A DNA stretch of 64,000 nt from Pirellulales bacterium (lineage in GTDB: Bacteria > Planctomycetota > Planctomycetia > Pirellulales > PALSA-1355). The stretch's first letter is position 1. Every line of letters starts with the position of its first letter. Under the pieces are notes generated by a model. The model worked only from the letters and a program-made list of their open reading frames with translations, had not been told where the DNA came from and made no database searches. The stretch covers positions 1,632,001-1,696,000 of the forward strand of contig CAVTBU010000005.1 in NCBI GenBank assembly GCA_963733035.1, written 5' to 3'. Shown piece after piece: positions 40,873 through 50,903 of this stretch. The position numbers and the translations under genes are program-made.

Positions 40873-41376
40873 ATGTTCCCCCGATTAAGCAATAGCTGCT
40901 TGTGGCCCCAGGTTGACGGCCATGACGGCCTACCAAGCATTTCGCGATTGGCGCGGGTGTCCCGGCATCGTCGCTGTCGGTCGCGCCGTCGCAGGGGTTC
41001 CGCGGTCGTCGAGTTCGCCGTGGTTGCCCCGGTGTTCGTGCTGCTCGTGTTCGGCATGATCGAGTACGGACGAATGGTGATGGTGCAACAGATCCTCACC
41101 AATTCTGCCCGCGAAGGGGCACGTGTTGGAATTCTCGACAACAGCACCGAGAGCGACGTTGACACGGCCGTCAATCGCTACCTCACGGCGGCGGGTATTA
41201 GTGGCGCGACAACGACCGTAACACCCGATCCGCCCAGTTCCGCATCTGCGGGAAACCCCGTTTCGGTGCAGGTCTCCGTCGGTTTCAACCAGGTCAGCTG
41301 GCTACCATCGCCGTTCTATCTCGGTGGGACGACCTTGAGCTACACCGCGACCATGCGGCGTGAAACGAACCCGTAA
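40873..41376 (+). CDS. TadE-like pseudopilin
   Basis: RRGSAVVEFAVVAPVFVLLVFGMIEYG...AREGAR. Confidence 0.9.
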   Translation: MFPRLSNSCLWPQVDGHDGLPSISRLARVSRHRRCRSRRRRGSAVVEFAVVAPVFVLLVFGMIEYGRMVMVQQILTNSAREGARVGILDNSTESDVDTAVNRYLTAAGISGATTTVTPDPPSSASAGNPVSVQVSVGFNQVSWLPSPFYLGGTTLSYTATMRRETNP

Positions 41377-41668
41377 GTTCACGCCACTCCTTGCGGACCT
41401 TCGAGATTTCTTTCGGCGGCGCGTCGTTTTCGCCGGCTCGCGCGCGGCATGTCCTCGTCGGCCACTCACTTGATGAGCGAACTGGCCCGGATAGGGCGAA
41501 ATCGCACATCACGCGAGGGCTGCTGCTCTTGCAACCGATGCCGGATTGGTTGCCAATCACATTGGCTGGTACACACGAGCGGCGGCGGCACATTCTTTGC
41601 TCCCTGACGTTCCTGAAACGTCGGACTGATCCCATGCAAAGCGTCTCCAACAGGGAGGGCAGAATTCC

Positions 41669-42928
41669 ATGGCCGCAAAACCGCGCATTGCCGTATTAGG
41701 TGGGGGCTTTGGTGGACTCGAGGCCTTGTTTTACTTAAAGCACGTATTGAAGGACCGGGCGGAGTTGAAGCTCCTGAGTGATCGGTCCCATTTCACGTTC
41801 AAGCCAAACACGATCTACATCCCCTTCGGCGAGCCGCCGGAGAAATATCAGATTGACCTCGTTCGACCGCTGCAACACCAGTCGATCGAATTGCTGCAGA
41901 CCTCGGTGCGGAATATCGACCCCGCGGCCAGGTCCGTCGAAACGGAGCGCGGCCCAATTGAGTTCGACTATCTGGTTGTCGCCACGGGCGCCAAAATGCG
42001 GCCCGAAGAAGTTCCCGGCCTGGCCGAGCATGGCGTGACGGTGTGGACGCCAGACCAAATGCTGGTGCTCCGCGACCGCATCGCCCAGGTGATCGACCGC
42101 GCAAAAGATGGGAATCGTTCGAAGGTTTTATTTCTCGTGCCGCCCAACAATCGTTGCTCGGGGCCGCTATACGAAATGGTTTGTATGCTCGATACGTATC
42201 TCCGCCGGCGAGAATGCCGCGAAGCGGTGGACCTTGTCTTCGCCACCAAGGAAAACGCGTTCATCGAGGCGTTCGGACCGCGATTGAACACGGTTGTCTC
42301 CGAGGAATTCGCGGAACGGGGGATTGAAGGACACATCGGTCACATCGTGAAGGAGGTCGGTGAAAAGAGCGTTCGCTTTGAAAATGGCGCGGAGTTTCCG
42401 TACGATGTGCTGGTCAGTTTTCCGCCGTATGCGGCGGCCTGTCATTTTCCCGCGCTGCCGGCCGACGAGCGCGGGTTCGTCAAGGTCGATCCGTCGAGCC
42501 GGCGGGTCGACGGTTTGGAGCGGGTTTTTACGGTCGGCGACGCGGGCAACTTTCCGATCAAACAGGCCTTCCTGGCGCTGTTGCAGGCCGATGCGGCCGC
42601 CGATCATATTGCCGCCGAGGTTTTGGGGCGCAAGGCGGAAGTGGACTTTGTGCCAATGAGCATGTGCGTCATGGAGCAATTCGACAAAGCCGTGTTTGCC
42701 CAAGTGCCGCTGAGGTACACAGATGATCCCCAGCAACCGGTTGCCGTCGACGTGGAGGACACCGAACACTATAAGGTGGGCGTCTCACCGTTATGGCGCG
42801 TGGGAAAAAGCGCGCTGGGCTTCTACTTGCCATGGCGGTTCGGCAGCGGCAAGCCTTTCCACGCCGGGTTTGCCTGGAACATGATGGACCTGGGACTGAA
42901 GGCGATGTCCCGCGTAATGGCCGATTGA
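41669..42928 (+). CDS. FAD-dependent oxidoreductase, sulfide:quinone oxidoreductase (SQR)-like
   Basis: VLGGGFGG, DYLVVATG, RCSGPLYE (first catalytic-type Cys), VFTVGDA and SMCVME (second Cys). Confidence 0.75.
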   Translation: MAAKPRIAVLGGGFGGLEALFYLKHVLKDRAELKLLSDRSHFTFKPNTIYIPFGEPPEKYQIDLVRPLQHQSIELLQTSVRNIDPAARSVETERGPIEFDYLVVATGAKMRPEEVPGLAEHGVTVWTPDQMLVLRDRIAQVIDRAKDGNRSKVLFLVPPNNRCSGPLYEMVCMLDTYLRRRECREAVDLVFATKENAFIEAFGPRLNTVVSEEFAERGIEGHIGHIVKEVGEKSVRFENGAEFPYDVLVSFPPYAAACHFPALPADERGFVKVDPSSRRVDGLERVFTVGDAGNFPIKQAFLALLQADAAADHIAAEVLGRKAEVDFVPMSMCVMEQFDKAVFAQVPLRYTDDPQQPVAVDVEDTEHYKVGVSPLWRVGKSALGFYLPWRFGSGKPFHAGFAWNMMDLGLKAMSRVMAD

Positions 42929-42938
42929 GGGAAGTCCC

Positions 42939-44078
42939 ATGACCGCTCGTCAGCGTGTTTTGCGTTCGGGAGTTTCGCGGTGGGCCGGCGTGGTTCGACG
43001 CGGCGCCATTTTTCTCGCCCTCGCCGCCGGAGTGAGCGTACTGCTCTTTTGGCTGGCCGGCAGCTTCGCCCCGAAAGTACCAACTGACGTCCCGCACGCG
43101 GTGACGTCGCGAACGCCGGCCGGCGCCCAGCGCGTCGTACCGGTGCGATTGGTGAAGCTTCCTCGCTCCGAAAGCGCGGTGGGAACGATCCGCGCCGTGC
43201 ATGAGACCAGCATCGGGTCGAAGCTGTTGGCCCGGGTCGTCGAGGTCGACCTCAAGGCGGGTCAAAACGTCAAGAAGGGAGACGTGTTGGTGCGCCTGGA
43301 TGACTCCGATCTGCAGGCCAGGCTGAAGCAGGCGCAGGCGGCGATGACGTCCGCGGACGCCGCCCGAGCGCAGGCCGAGGCGGACGTAGCTCGGTTTGCC
43401 AATTTGCGAAAGGCCAATGCAATTAGCGAGCAGGACTACGAGCGGGCGGTCACGGCGCTCAAGTCGGCCGACGCCGACCTGCGACGTTCGCGCGAAGCCG
43501 TTAATGAAGTGCAGGCCACGCTCGACTTTGCCACGGTGCGGTCAACGATGGACGGTATCGTGATCGACAAGAAGGTAGACGTGGGCGACATGGTTTCGCC
43601 AGGTGAGATTCTGGCCACGATTTTTGATCCGCAGAGAATGCAACTGGTGGCCAGCGTACGTGAGGCGCTGGCGGTTCAACTCAAAGTCGGGCAACCGATC
43701 GAAGTTCAGTTCGAAAACTTCAACCGGCAATGCACCGGCACCGTGAGCGAAATCGTGCCCGAAGCTCAGGCCGCCAGTCGCACGTTTCAGGTCAAGGTAA
43801 CCGGTCCCTGTCCCGAGGGTGTCTACAGCGGCATGTTCGGACGCGTTTTGATTCCGCTCGAAGACGAACAAGTGCTCGTCATTCCTCGCGGCGCGGTGCG
43901 GCACGTCGGCCAACTCGAATTGGTAGACGTCGTGGAAAATGGGACCTTGAAGCGTCGGGCCATCCGCAGCGGGCGTGCCATCGACGGAAAGGTCGAAGTG
44001 CTTTCCGGGTTGCGCGAAGGAGAATTGGTTGAACTACCGGCTGGCGCCACGGCCGGGCGAGAGGCGATTCATGGCTGA
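42939..44078 (+). CDS. RND efflux periplasmic adaptor (MFP)
   Basis: N-terminal TM, lipoyl half motifs (VKKGDVLVRLD; VDVGDMVSPG), coiled coil and SRTFQVKV. Confidence 0.92.
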   Translation: MTARQRVLRSGVSRWAGVVRRGAIFLALAAGVSVLLFWLAGSFAPKVPTDVPHAVTSRTPAGAQRVVPVRLVKLPRSESAVGTIRAVHETSIGSKLLARVVEVDLKAGQNVKKGDVLVRLDDSDLQARLKQAQAAMTSADAARAQAEADVARFANLRKANAISEQDYERAVTALKSADADLRRSREAVNEVQATLDFATVRSTMDGIVIDKKVDVGDMVSPGEILATIFDPQRMQLVASVREALAVQLKVGQPIEVQFENFNRQCTGTVSEIVPEAQAASRTFQVKVTGPCPEGVYSGMFGRVLIPLEDEQVLVIPRGAVRHVGQLELVDVVENGTLKRRAIRSGRAIDGKVEVLSGLREGELVELPAGATAGREAIHG

Positions 44079-47000
44079 GCATGACCTCGGTTCCTCGCTT
44101 CAAGAACACAACTTCACCAACAAGATCGTCAAGATCTTCCTGGAGTCGAATCTCTCGCTGATTCTGATCTTGTTGGCCACCGTCATCGGCATCGCCGCAC
44201 TGGTGCTGACGCCACGCGAGGAAGACCCACAGATCGTGGTTCCGCTGGCCGACATCTACGTCAACTTCCCCGGACATTCGGCGGCCGAAGTTGAACAACT
44301 GGTTGCGACGCCCCTCGAGAAAATACTGTTCCAAATCGACGGCGTCGAATACGTCTATTCCATGAGCCGCGAGGACCAGGCGATCATCACGGTCCGCTTC
44401 TATGTCGGCGAGGACCGCGAGCGCAGCCTGGTAAAGCTGTACAAGAAGATCGACGAAAACGTCGACATCGTGCCCAGAGGCGTGACCGGCTGGGTTGTGA
44501 AACCCGTCGAAATTGACGACGTGCCGGTCACCACCTTGACGCTGGCCAGTGGCAAGGCCGACGACATGACGCTGCGCCGGGTGGCCGAGGAACTTTCCCA
44601 GCGATTGGCAACCATTCCCGACGTTTCGCGGGCGTACGTGGTGGGCGGCCGGCGGCGCGTCGTGCAAGTACTGATGGATCCGGACCGAATGGCCGGCTAC
44701 CACGTTTCGCCGCTGGAACTGGAGCGAGCGATTCGGGCCACGAACGTGCGACAGATGGCCGGAGACTTTCGGTCGCAGGACCGGCTGATCCGCGTCGACG
44801 TGGGTCAGCGCTTCGACGATGCTCGACAACTGAACGATCTGGTCGTGGGCGTATTCGACGGTCGTCCGGTGTTTCTCAAGGACGTGGCACGCATCGTAGA
44901 CGGTCCGGACGAAGTGGCCAACTACGTGCGTCACGGCTGGGGACCGGCGCATGGGTTCACCAAGCACGAGTATTTTCCGAGCACCACGCTGGCCGAGGCG
45001 GAACGTCCGACCGAGCCAGCGAAAGATGGCGGCGTTTCGCAATCGGCCGTCACGATTGCCGTCGCCAAGAAGAAAGGCTCGAACGCCGTTTGGGTAGCGG
45101 ACGCAGTACTCGAGAAGGCCGAGGAACTGGACGCCAGCATCGTGCCGGATGACATTGAAATGGTCGTGACTCGTAATTACGGTCTGACCGCCGACGAGAA
45201 GGTGAACGAACTTGTTGAAGGCCTGGCGGTGGCGATTCTGATTGTCGTGGCGCTGCTGACCGTGGGGCTGGGATGGCGCGAGGCACTGATTGTGGCCGTG
45301 GCCGTGCCGGTCGTTTTCGGCCTGACATTGGCGGTGAATCTGCTGCTCGGATTCACGATCAATCGTGTGACGCTATTTGCCTTGATCCTCTCGCTGGGTT
45401 TGTTGGTCGACGACCCGATCGTCGACGTCGAAAACATCACGCGGCACTTCGCGCTGCGAAAGCGCGCGACCAGGCGAATCGTGCTGGAAGCGGTGGCCGA
45501 AATTCGCCCACCGCTGATCACGGCCACCCTGGCCGTAATCGTCAGCTTTCTGCCGATGTTCTTCATCACCGGCATGATGGGTCCTTACATGCGGCCGATG
45601 GCGCTCAACGTGCCGGTGACCATGCTGATGTCGATGGTCGTGGCGTTTACGATCACGCCCTGGCTCGCCTACCACGGTCTGCGCCGCAAGTACCGCTCGG
45701 GCGGTTCCGACTCCGACGCGCACCACGACCCGCACGACCTGGAGGCGATCAAGCAATCGCGCCTCTACAAGGTATTCTATCCGTTGATGGCGCCGCTGCT
45801 TCATTCGCGGCTGATCGCCTGGTCGTTTTTGCTTGCGATGTTCGCGCTGACCGTCGGCGCAATGGGGCTGGCTGCCGTGCGAAGCGTGCCACTCAAGATG
45901 CTGCCGTTCGACAACAAGAACGAGTTGCAAGTCGTGCTCGACTTCGATGAAGGGACAACGCTGGAGCGATCCGATGCGGCGGTGCGCGACATGGAGGCCT
46001 ACCTGGCCGGCGTAACCGAAGTTGCCGATTTCACAAGCTACGTGGGGGTGGCGTCGCCGATCGACTTCAACGGACTCGTCCGACATTATTACTTGCGCAA
46101 GGTGACAACGTCGCCGATATTCGCATCAATCTGGCCGGCAAAAGGAACCGGGATTTGCAGAGCCACGGCATCGGGTTGCGGATGCGCAACGACTTGCAGC
46201 AGATTGCCGACCGCCACAGGGCTCGGATGAAGCTGGTCGAGACGCCGCCCGGCCCGCCTGTGATCGCCAGTGTTGTCGCCGAAATCTACGGGCAACCGGA
46301 TAACCGCTACGAGGATTTGCTGCTGGCGGCCGATACGGTTCGGGCGCGGCTGGCGGAGGAACCGGGCGTGGTCGATGTCGACGACATTCGTGAGTCGCCC
46401 GAGGAGAAGTTGATTTTCGTGACCGATTCGGAGAAGGCCGCCCTGAACGGAATATCGGCCGATGTGATCGCCAGCACGCTAGAGGCCGCACTCGGCGGCT
46501 CAACCGTCGGTCTCATGCGCAGCGACACCGAGCGCAATCCGCTCCGCATCGAGCTGCGGGTGCCGGTCGCGCGACGAAGCAGTGAAATCGACCTGGCTCG
46601 CCTGGAAGCGAAAGGGGAAAACGGCCAACTCGTTCCGCTGGCCGAGCTGGGTCGTTGGGAAAACACGCGCGTCGATCAGATGATCTACCACAAGAATCTG
46701 CAACGCGTGGCCTACGTGTTTGCTGAAACGGCCGGCCGGCCGCCGGCCGACGTCGTTGTCGACGTGCTGGTGGATCGCGATCACTCCGGCCGCATGCCAA
46801 CGGCGGCCAAGATGGTAGGTGAGGGCTGGGTAGCTGATGCGCCAGCGCGACCTGTGGACGAGCGAACTTTTCTGTCCAACGGCGGAGGGATTGCCTGGGC
46901 GCTGCCGGCAGCCTTCACCGTGGATTTCGCCGGCGAGGGAGAATGGAAGATTACCCTGGACGTGTTCCGCGACCTGGGACTCGCCTTTGCCGCCGCGATG

Positions 47001-47579
47001 GTCGCCATTTACATTCTGCTGGTGGCCCAGATGGGGTCTTTCGTCATTCCGCTAGTTGTCATGCTGGCAATTCCACTCACGATTCTCGGCGTCATGCCGG
47101 GATTCTGGCTGCTCAACGTATTGCACGCCGAACACATGGGAGGGTATCTCGACCCGGTCTATTTCACGGCCACCGGCATGATCGGCATGATTGCTCTGTC
47201 GGGCATTGTGACCCGAGATTCAATCATTCTGGTCGACTTCATTCACCTGTCGCTGGGACGCGGGCGTTCGCTGTTCGATGCGATCATGGAGAGCCGCGTC
47301 GTTCGTTTGCGACCGATCCTGCTGACTGCCAGCGCGGCGATGTTGGGTGCCACGCCGATCATCATCGACCCGATTTTCTCCGGCCTGGCCTGGTCGTTGA
47401 TTTTCGGGCTGTTTGCCTCGACGCTATTCACGCTGTTTGTGATTCCGGTCGCCTATTGGCTGCTTTATGCGAACACGCCCGGGCATGGCTTGCCCCAATC
47501 GCTGATGGAGCAGGAAGATCAAGCCTACGAGCAGCGCGCCCGAGCAGCGCAAACCGGGAGTGCGGCGGGCGTGTCATGA
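44071..47579 (+). CDS. RND efflux permease, AcrB-like (frameshift near 46100)
   Basis: PREEDPQIVVP, LGLLVDDPIVDVENI, GIVTRDSIILVDF and RLRPILLT motifs; split across ORFs 43975-46230 and 46155-47579. Confidence 0.9.
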
Positions 47580-47611
47580 GCAGTTCGCGTCACTGGTGCG
47601 AAGGAGGCCGT

Positions 47612-49198
47612 TCAAGCGCTCGGTCCCGCGGACTTCACCGCGTCGCTGCAGCCGGCTTCGTAGGTAGCGAAGTTCTCGCGGAACAAATCGGCCAACTTGT
47701 GGGCCATGATGTCGTACGCGGAGGTGTGCGTCCAGGTATTACGCGGAACCAAAATCCTGTCCGGGATACCACCGCATCTGGTGACGACGTGAAAGCCGAA
47801 AATGGGATCGACTTCCGTGGGAGCATCGGCCAATTCCCCGGTGTGAATAGCATCGATCAGCGCTCGGGTATGAGCCAGCTTCATTCGATGGCCAACGCCG
47901 AAAGCGCCACCGCTCCAACCGGTGTTTACCAGCCACACGTTGGTTTTGTGCTGTTCCAACTTGGCGGCAAGTAGCTCGGCGTATTTGGCCGGGTGCCAAA
48001 CCAGAAACGGTCCGCCGAAACAGGGCGAGAACGTGGCTTGCGGCTCGGTCACACCCACCTCGGTGCCGGCAACCTTGGCTGTGTACCCGCTAATGAAGTG
48101 ATACATCGCCTGTTCGGGGGTCAGGCGGCTGATCGGGGGCAAGACGCCGAACGCGTCGCACGTCAGAAAAATCACGTTGCTGGGATGCTCTCCCAGGCAG
48201 GGGAGCTTGGCGTTCGAAATGAACTCGATGGGGTAGGCGCCGCGTGTGTTTTCTGTGATCGACGAGTCGTTAAAGTCGACCGTGTGGTCGTATTGATGGT
48301 ACACCACGTTCTCAAGCACCGACCCATAACGCAGCGCCTGAAATATTTCCGGCTCTGAATCGGGCGACAGAAAGATCGCCTTGGCGTAGCATCCTCCTTC
48401 GATATTGAAGATGCCATGGTCGGTCCAGCAATGTTCGTCGTCTCCGATGAGCAGTCGCTTGGGGTCGGCCGAGAGCGTGGTCTTGCCCGTTCCCGATAGG
48501 CCGAACATGATGGTTGTGCTGCCGGTTTCGCGATCGGCCGTGGCCGAGCAATGCATCGAGAGCACACCGCGCTTGGGCATGAAATAGTTCATCATCGTGA
48601 ACACGCCCTTCTTCATTTCGCCGGCGTATTCGGTGCCCAGAATCACCATCTCGCCCGTTTCGAGATCGAGGTCGACGCTCGTTTTTGAAGTCATGCCCGA
48701 GGTGTAACGGTTCGCCGGGAAGTGGCCCGCGTTGTAGATCACGAAGTCCGGCTGGCCAAAATTCTCCAGTTCGACGTGGGTGGGCCGCACCAGCATGGTG
48801 TCCATAAACAAGGCATGATACGGCCGCGAACAGATGATCCGTACCTTCCTTCGATATTCCGGATCCCAGCCGGCAAAGGCATCCACGACATACAATCGTT
48901 CGCGCGTATTCAAGTAGTCGATGGCCCGTTCGCGGTTGATCCGGAAGGTGTCCTCCTGGATCGCCACATTGACCGTGCCCCACCAGATGTCGTGTTCCGA
49001 AGGGGCATTGCTGACGATCCGCTTGTCCTTGGGCGAGCGGCCGGTCTTGGCGCCCGAATAGGCAATCAGCGCGCCGCTAGCGGCAATGGCCGAATCGGGT
49101 TCCGTGCGAATTGCCTCTTGATACAATTTGGCCGGCACCATGTTGCGCTGGATGTCGCGCACCGTGATCTCGGGAATTGTCAGCCTGTCAACGCTCAT
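47612..49198 (-). CDS. pckA: Phosphoenolpyruvate carboxykinase (ATP)
   Basis: TGRSPKDK, YAGEMKKG, GLSGTGKTTLS, LIGDDEH and EGGCYAK motifs. Confidence 0.97.
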   Translation of the reverse strand: MSVDRLTIPEITVRDIQRNMVPAKLYQEAIRTEPDSAIAASGALIAYSGAKTGRSPKDKRIVSNAPSEHDIWWGTVNVAIQEDTFRINRERAIDYLNTRERLYVVDAFAGWDPEYRRKVRIICSRPYHALFMDTMLVRPTHVELENFGQPDFVIYNAGHFPANRYTSGMTSKTSVDLDLETGEMVILGTEYAGEMKKGVFTMMNYFMPKRGVLSMHCSATADRETGSTTIMFGLSGTGKTTLSADPKRLLIGDDEHCWTDHGIFNIEGGCYAKAIFLSPDSEPEIFQALRYGSVLENVVYHQYDHTVDFNDSSITENTRGAYPIEFISNAKLPCLGEHPSNVIFLTCDAFGVLPPISRLTPEQAMYHFISGYTAKVAGTEVGVTEPQATFSPCFGGPFLVWHPAKYAELLAAKLEQHKTNVWLVNTGWSGGAFGVGHRMKLAHTRALIDAIHTGELADAPTEVDPIFGFHVVTRCGGIPDRILVPRNTWTHTSAYDIMAHKLADLFRENFATYEAGCSDAVKSAGPSA

Positions 49199-49307
49199 CC
49201 ATGCTCCTTGGTAAGACCGATCACACTGATTCCAAGCGGCGCCGGTGCATGAACTCTATCGGTCGGTGCGCACAAGAGCAACTGCCCGTCGACGGTAGCG
49301 CGGATGG

Positions 49308-49324
49308 TGTGCCAGAGTGGCACA
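49308..49324. promoter_or_regulatory. Inverted repeat TGTGCCA-GAG-TGGCACA upstream of pckA
   Basis: Perfect 7-3-7 palindrome 110 nt upstream of the pckA start. Confidence 0.4.
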
Positions 49325-49368
49325 GTGACTCCCACACCCGATCACCATTGCCGCGGAAGGCAACCAGC

Positions 49369-50840
49369 TCAGGCGAGCAATTCGGAAATGACCTTCGCCG
49401 GTTCGACGCCCGTTAGCCGCTGATCCAGGCCCTGGTGCTTGTAGGTGAAACGCTCGTGGTCGTAGCCTAACAGCTTCAGCACCGTGGCATGGAAGTCGTG
49501 AATGTGAACCGGATCCTTGACGATGTTGTAAGAAAAGTCATCTGTTTCGCCGTAGATCGTGCCTCCTTTGGCACCACCGCCGCACATCCACATGGTGAAG
49601 CACCGCGGATGGTGGTCGCGGCCGTAATTCTTCTTCGAGAGGCCTCCCTGCGAGTAGATCGTGCGGCCGAACTCGCCACCCCAGATGATCAGTGTGTCGT
49701 CGAGCAGGCCGCGGGCACGCAAATCCTCGATCAGGCCGTGGCAGGGCTGGTCGATGTCACGGCATTGGTCCGGCAGCCGGCCGGCTACGTTCGAATGGGT
49801 ATCCCAATTGTTGAGATACACCTGGATAAAACGCACGCCCCGCTCGACCATTCGACGGGCCAATAGCGCGGTTTGGGCGAACGTGCCCGGTTTGCGAGCT
49901 TCCTCGCCGTAGAGTTGGTAAGTCGACTCCGGCTCGTCACTCGTATCCGTTAAGTTTGGAACGCTCGCTTGCATGCGGAAGGCGAGCTCGTATTGTTGGA
50001 TGCGAGTGTGCGTCTCTGGATCGCCTACCTGCCGGTAGTTGATTTCGTTTAGCGCCGCAATCCATCGAGCGTCGTGCGGCGCACCTGGCTGGGAACGCCT
50101 TCGGGATTGTTGATGTACAGAATTGGATCACCGCCGGAGCGGAACGACACGCCGGCGTGTTCGCCGGGCAGATACCCGGCCGACCAGAGCCGCGCGGAGA
50201 TCGCTTGCACCTGTTCGGTATTGGTCGGTTTGGCCACCAGCACCACGAACGTGGGCAAATCCTCGTTGAGCGATCCCAGGCCGTACGAGGCCCAGGCCCC
50301 CAGGCAGGGCCGCCCGGTGACCTGGTTGCCGGTTTGCATATAGCTGATGGCCGGCTCGTGGTTGATGGCCTCGGTGTGCATGCTGCGGATAAAGCACATG
50401 TCGTCGGCGTTCTTTGCGAGGTTCGGCAATAGCTCGCTGAACCACATGCCGCATTGACCATGCTGGGCAAACTTGAACATCGACGGCGCGATCGGAAACC
50501 GCTTTTGGCCGGACGTCATCGTGGTCAGCCGCTGTCCCATCCGCACGCTGTCGGGCAGGTCCTTGTCGTAATACTCCTGCATCTGCGGCTTGTAGTCGAA
50601 CAGGTCCATCTGCGAAGGACCACCAACCATGTGCAGATAAATGACGTGTTTGGCCTTCGGCGCAAAATGCGGCGCAACCGCACCGGCGAAACCGCCGCCG
50701 TCACCCAGCGTGGCCGCGAGGGCCGACGTGCCTTCGCCCATCAGCGAAGCCAGCGCGGCCATGCCGAGCGCGTTCGCTCCGTGCCTAAAGAACTGCCGGC
50801 GAGTTTCGGTGCGGACCCATTCGGTGAACAGCGGGTTCAT
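49369..50840 (-). CDS. DUF1501 domain protein (frameshift near 50055)
   Basis: [30 protein letters not shown] and GRDHHP motifs; directly downstream of the PSD1 gene, the usual pairing. Confidence 0.9.
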
Positions 50841-50903
50841 GGGTTGTCCTTCCGTTTGCGATCGGGTGGCTTGTCGGTTCTTGGGAAAAAGCGGGGTCGA
50901 GAA

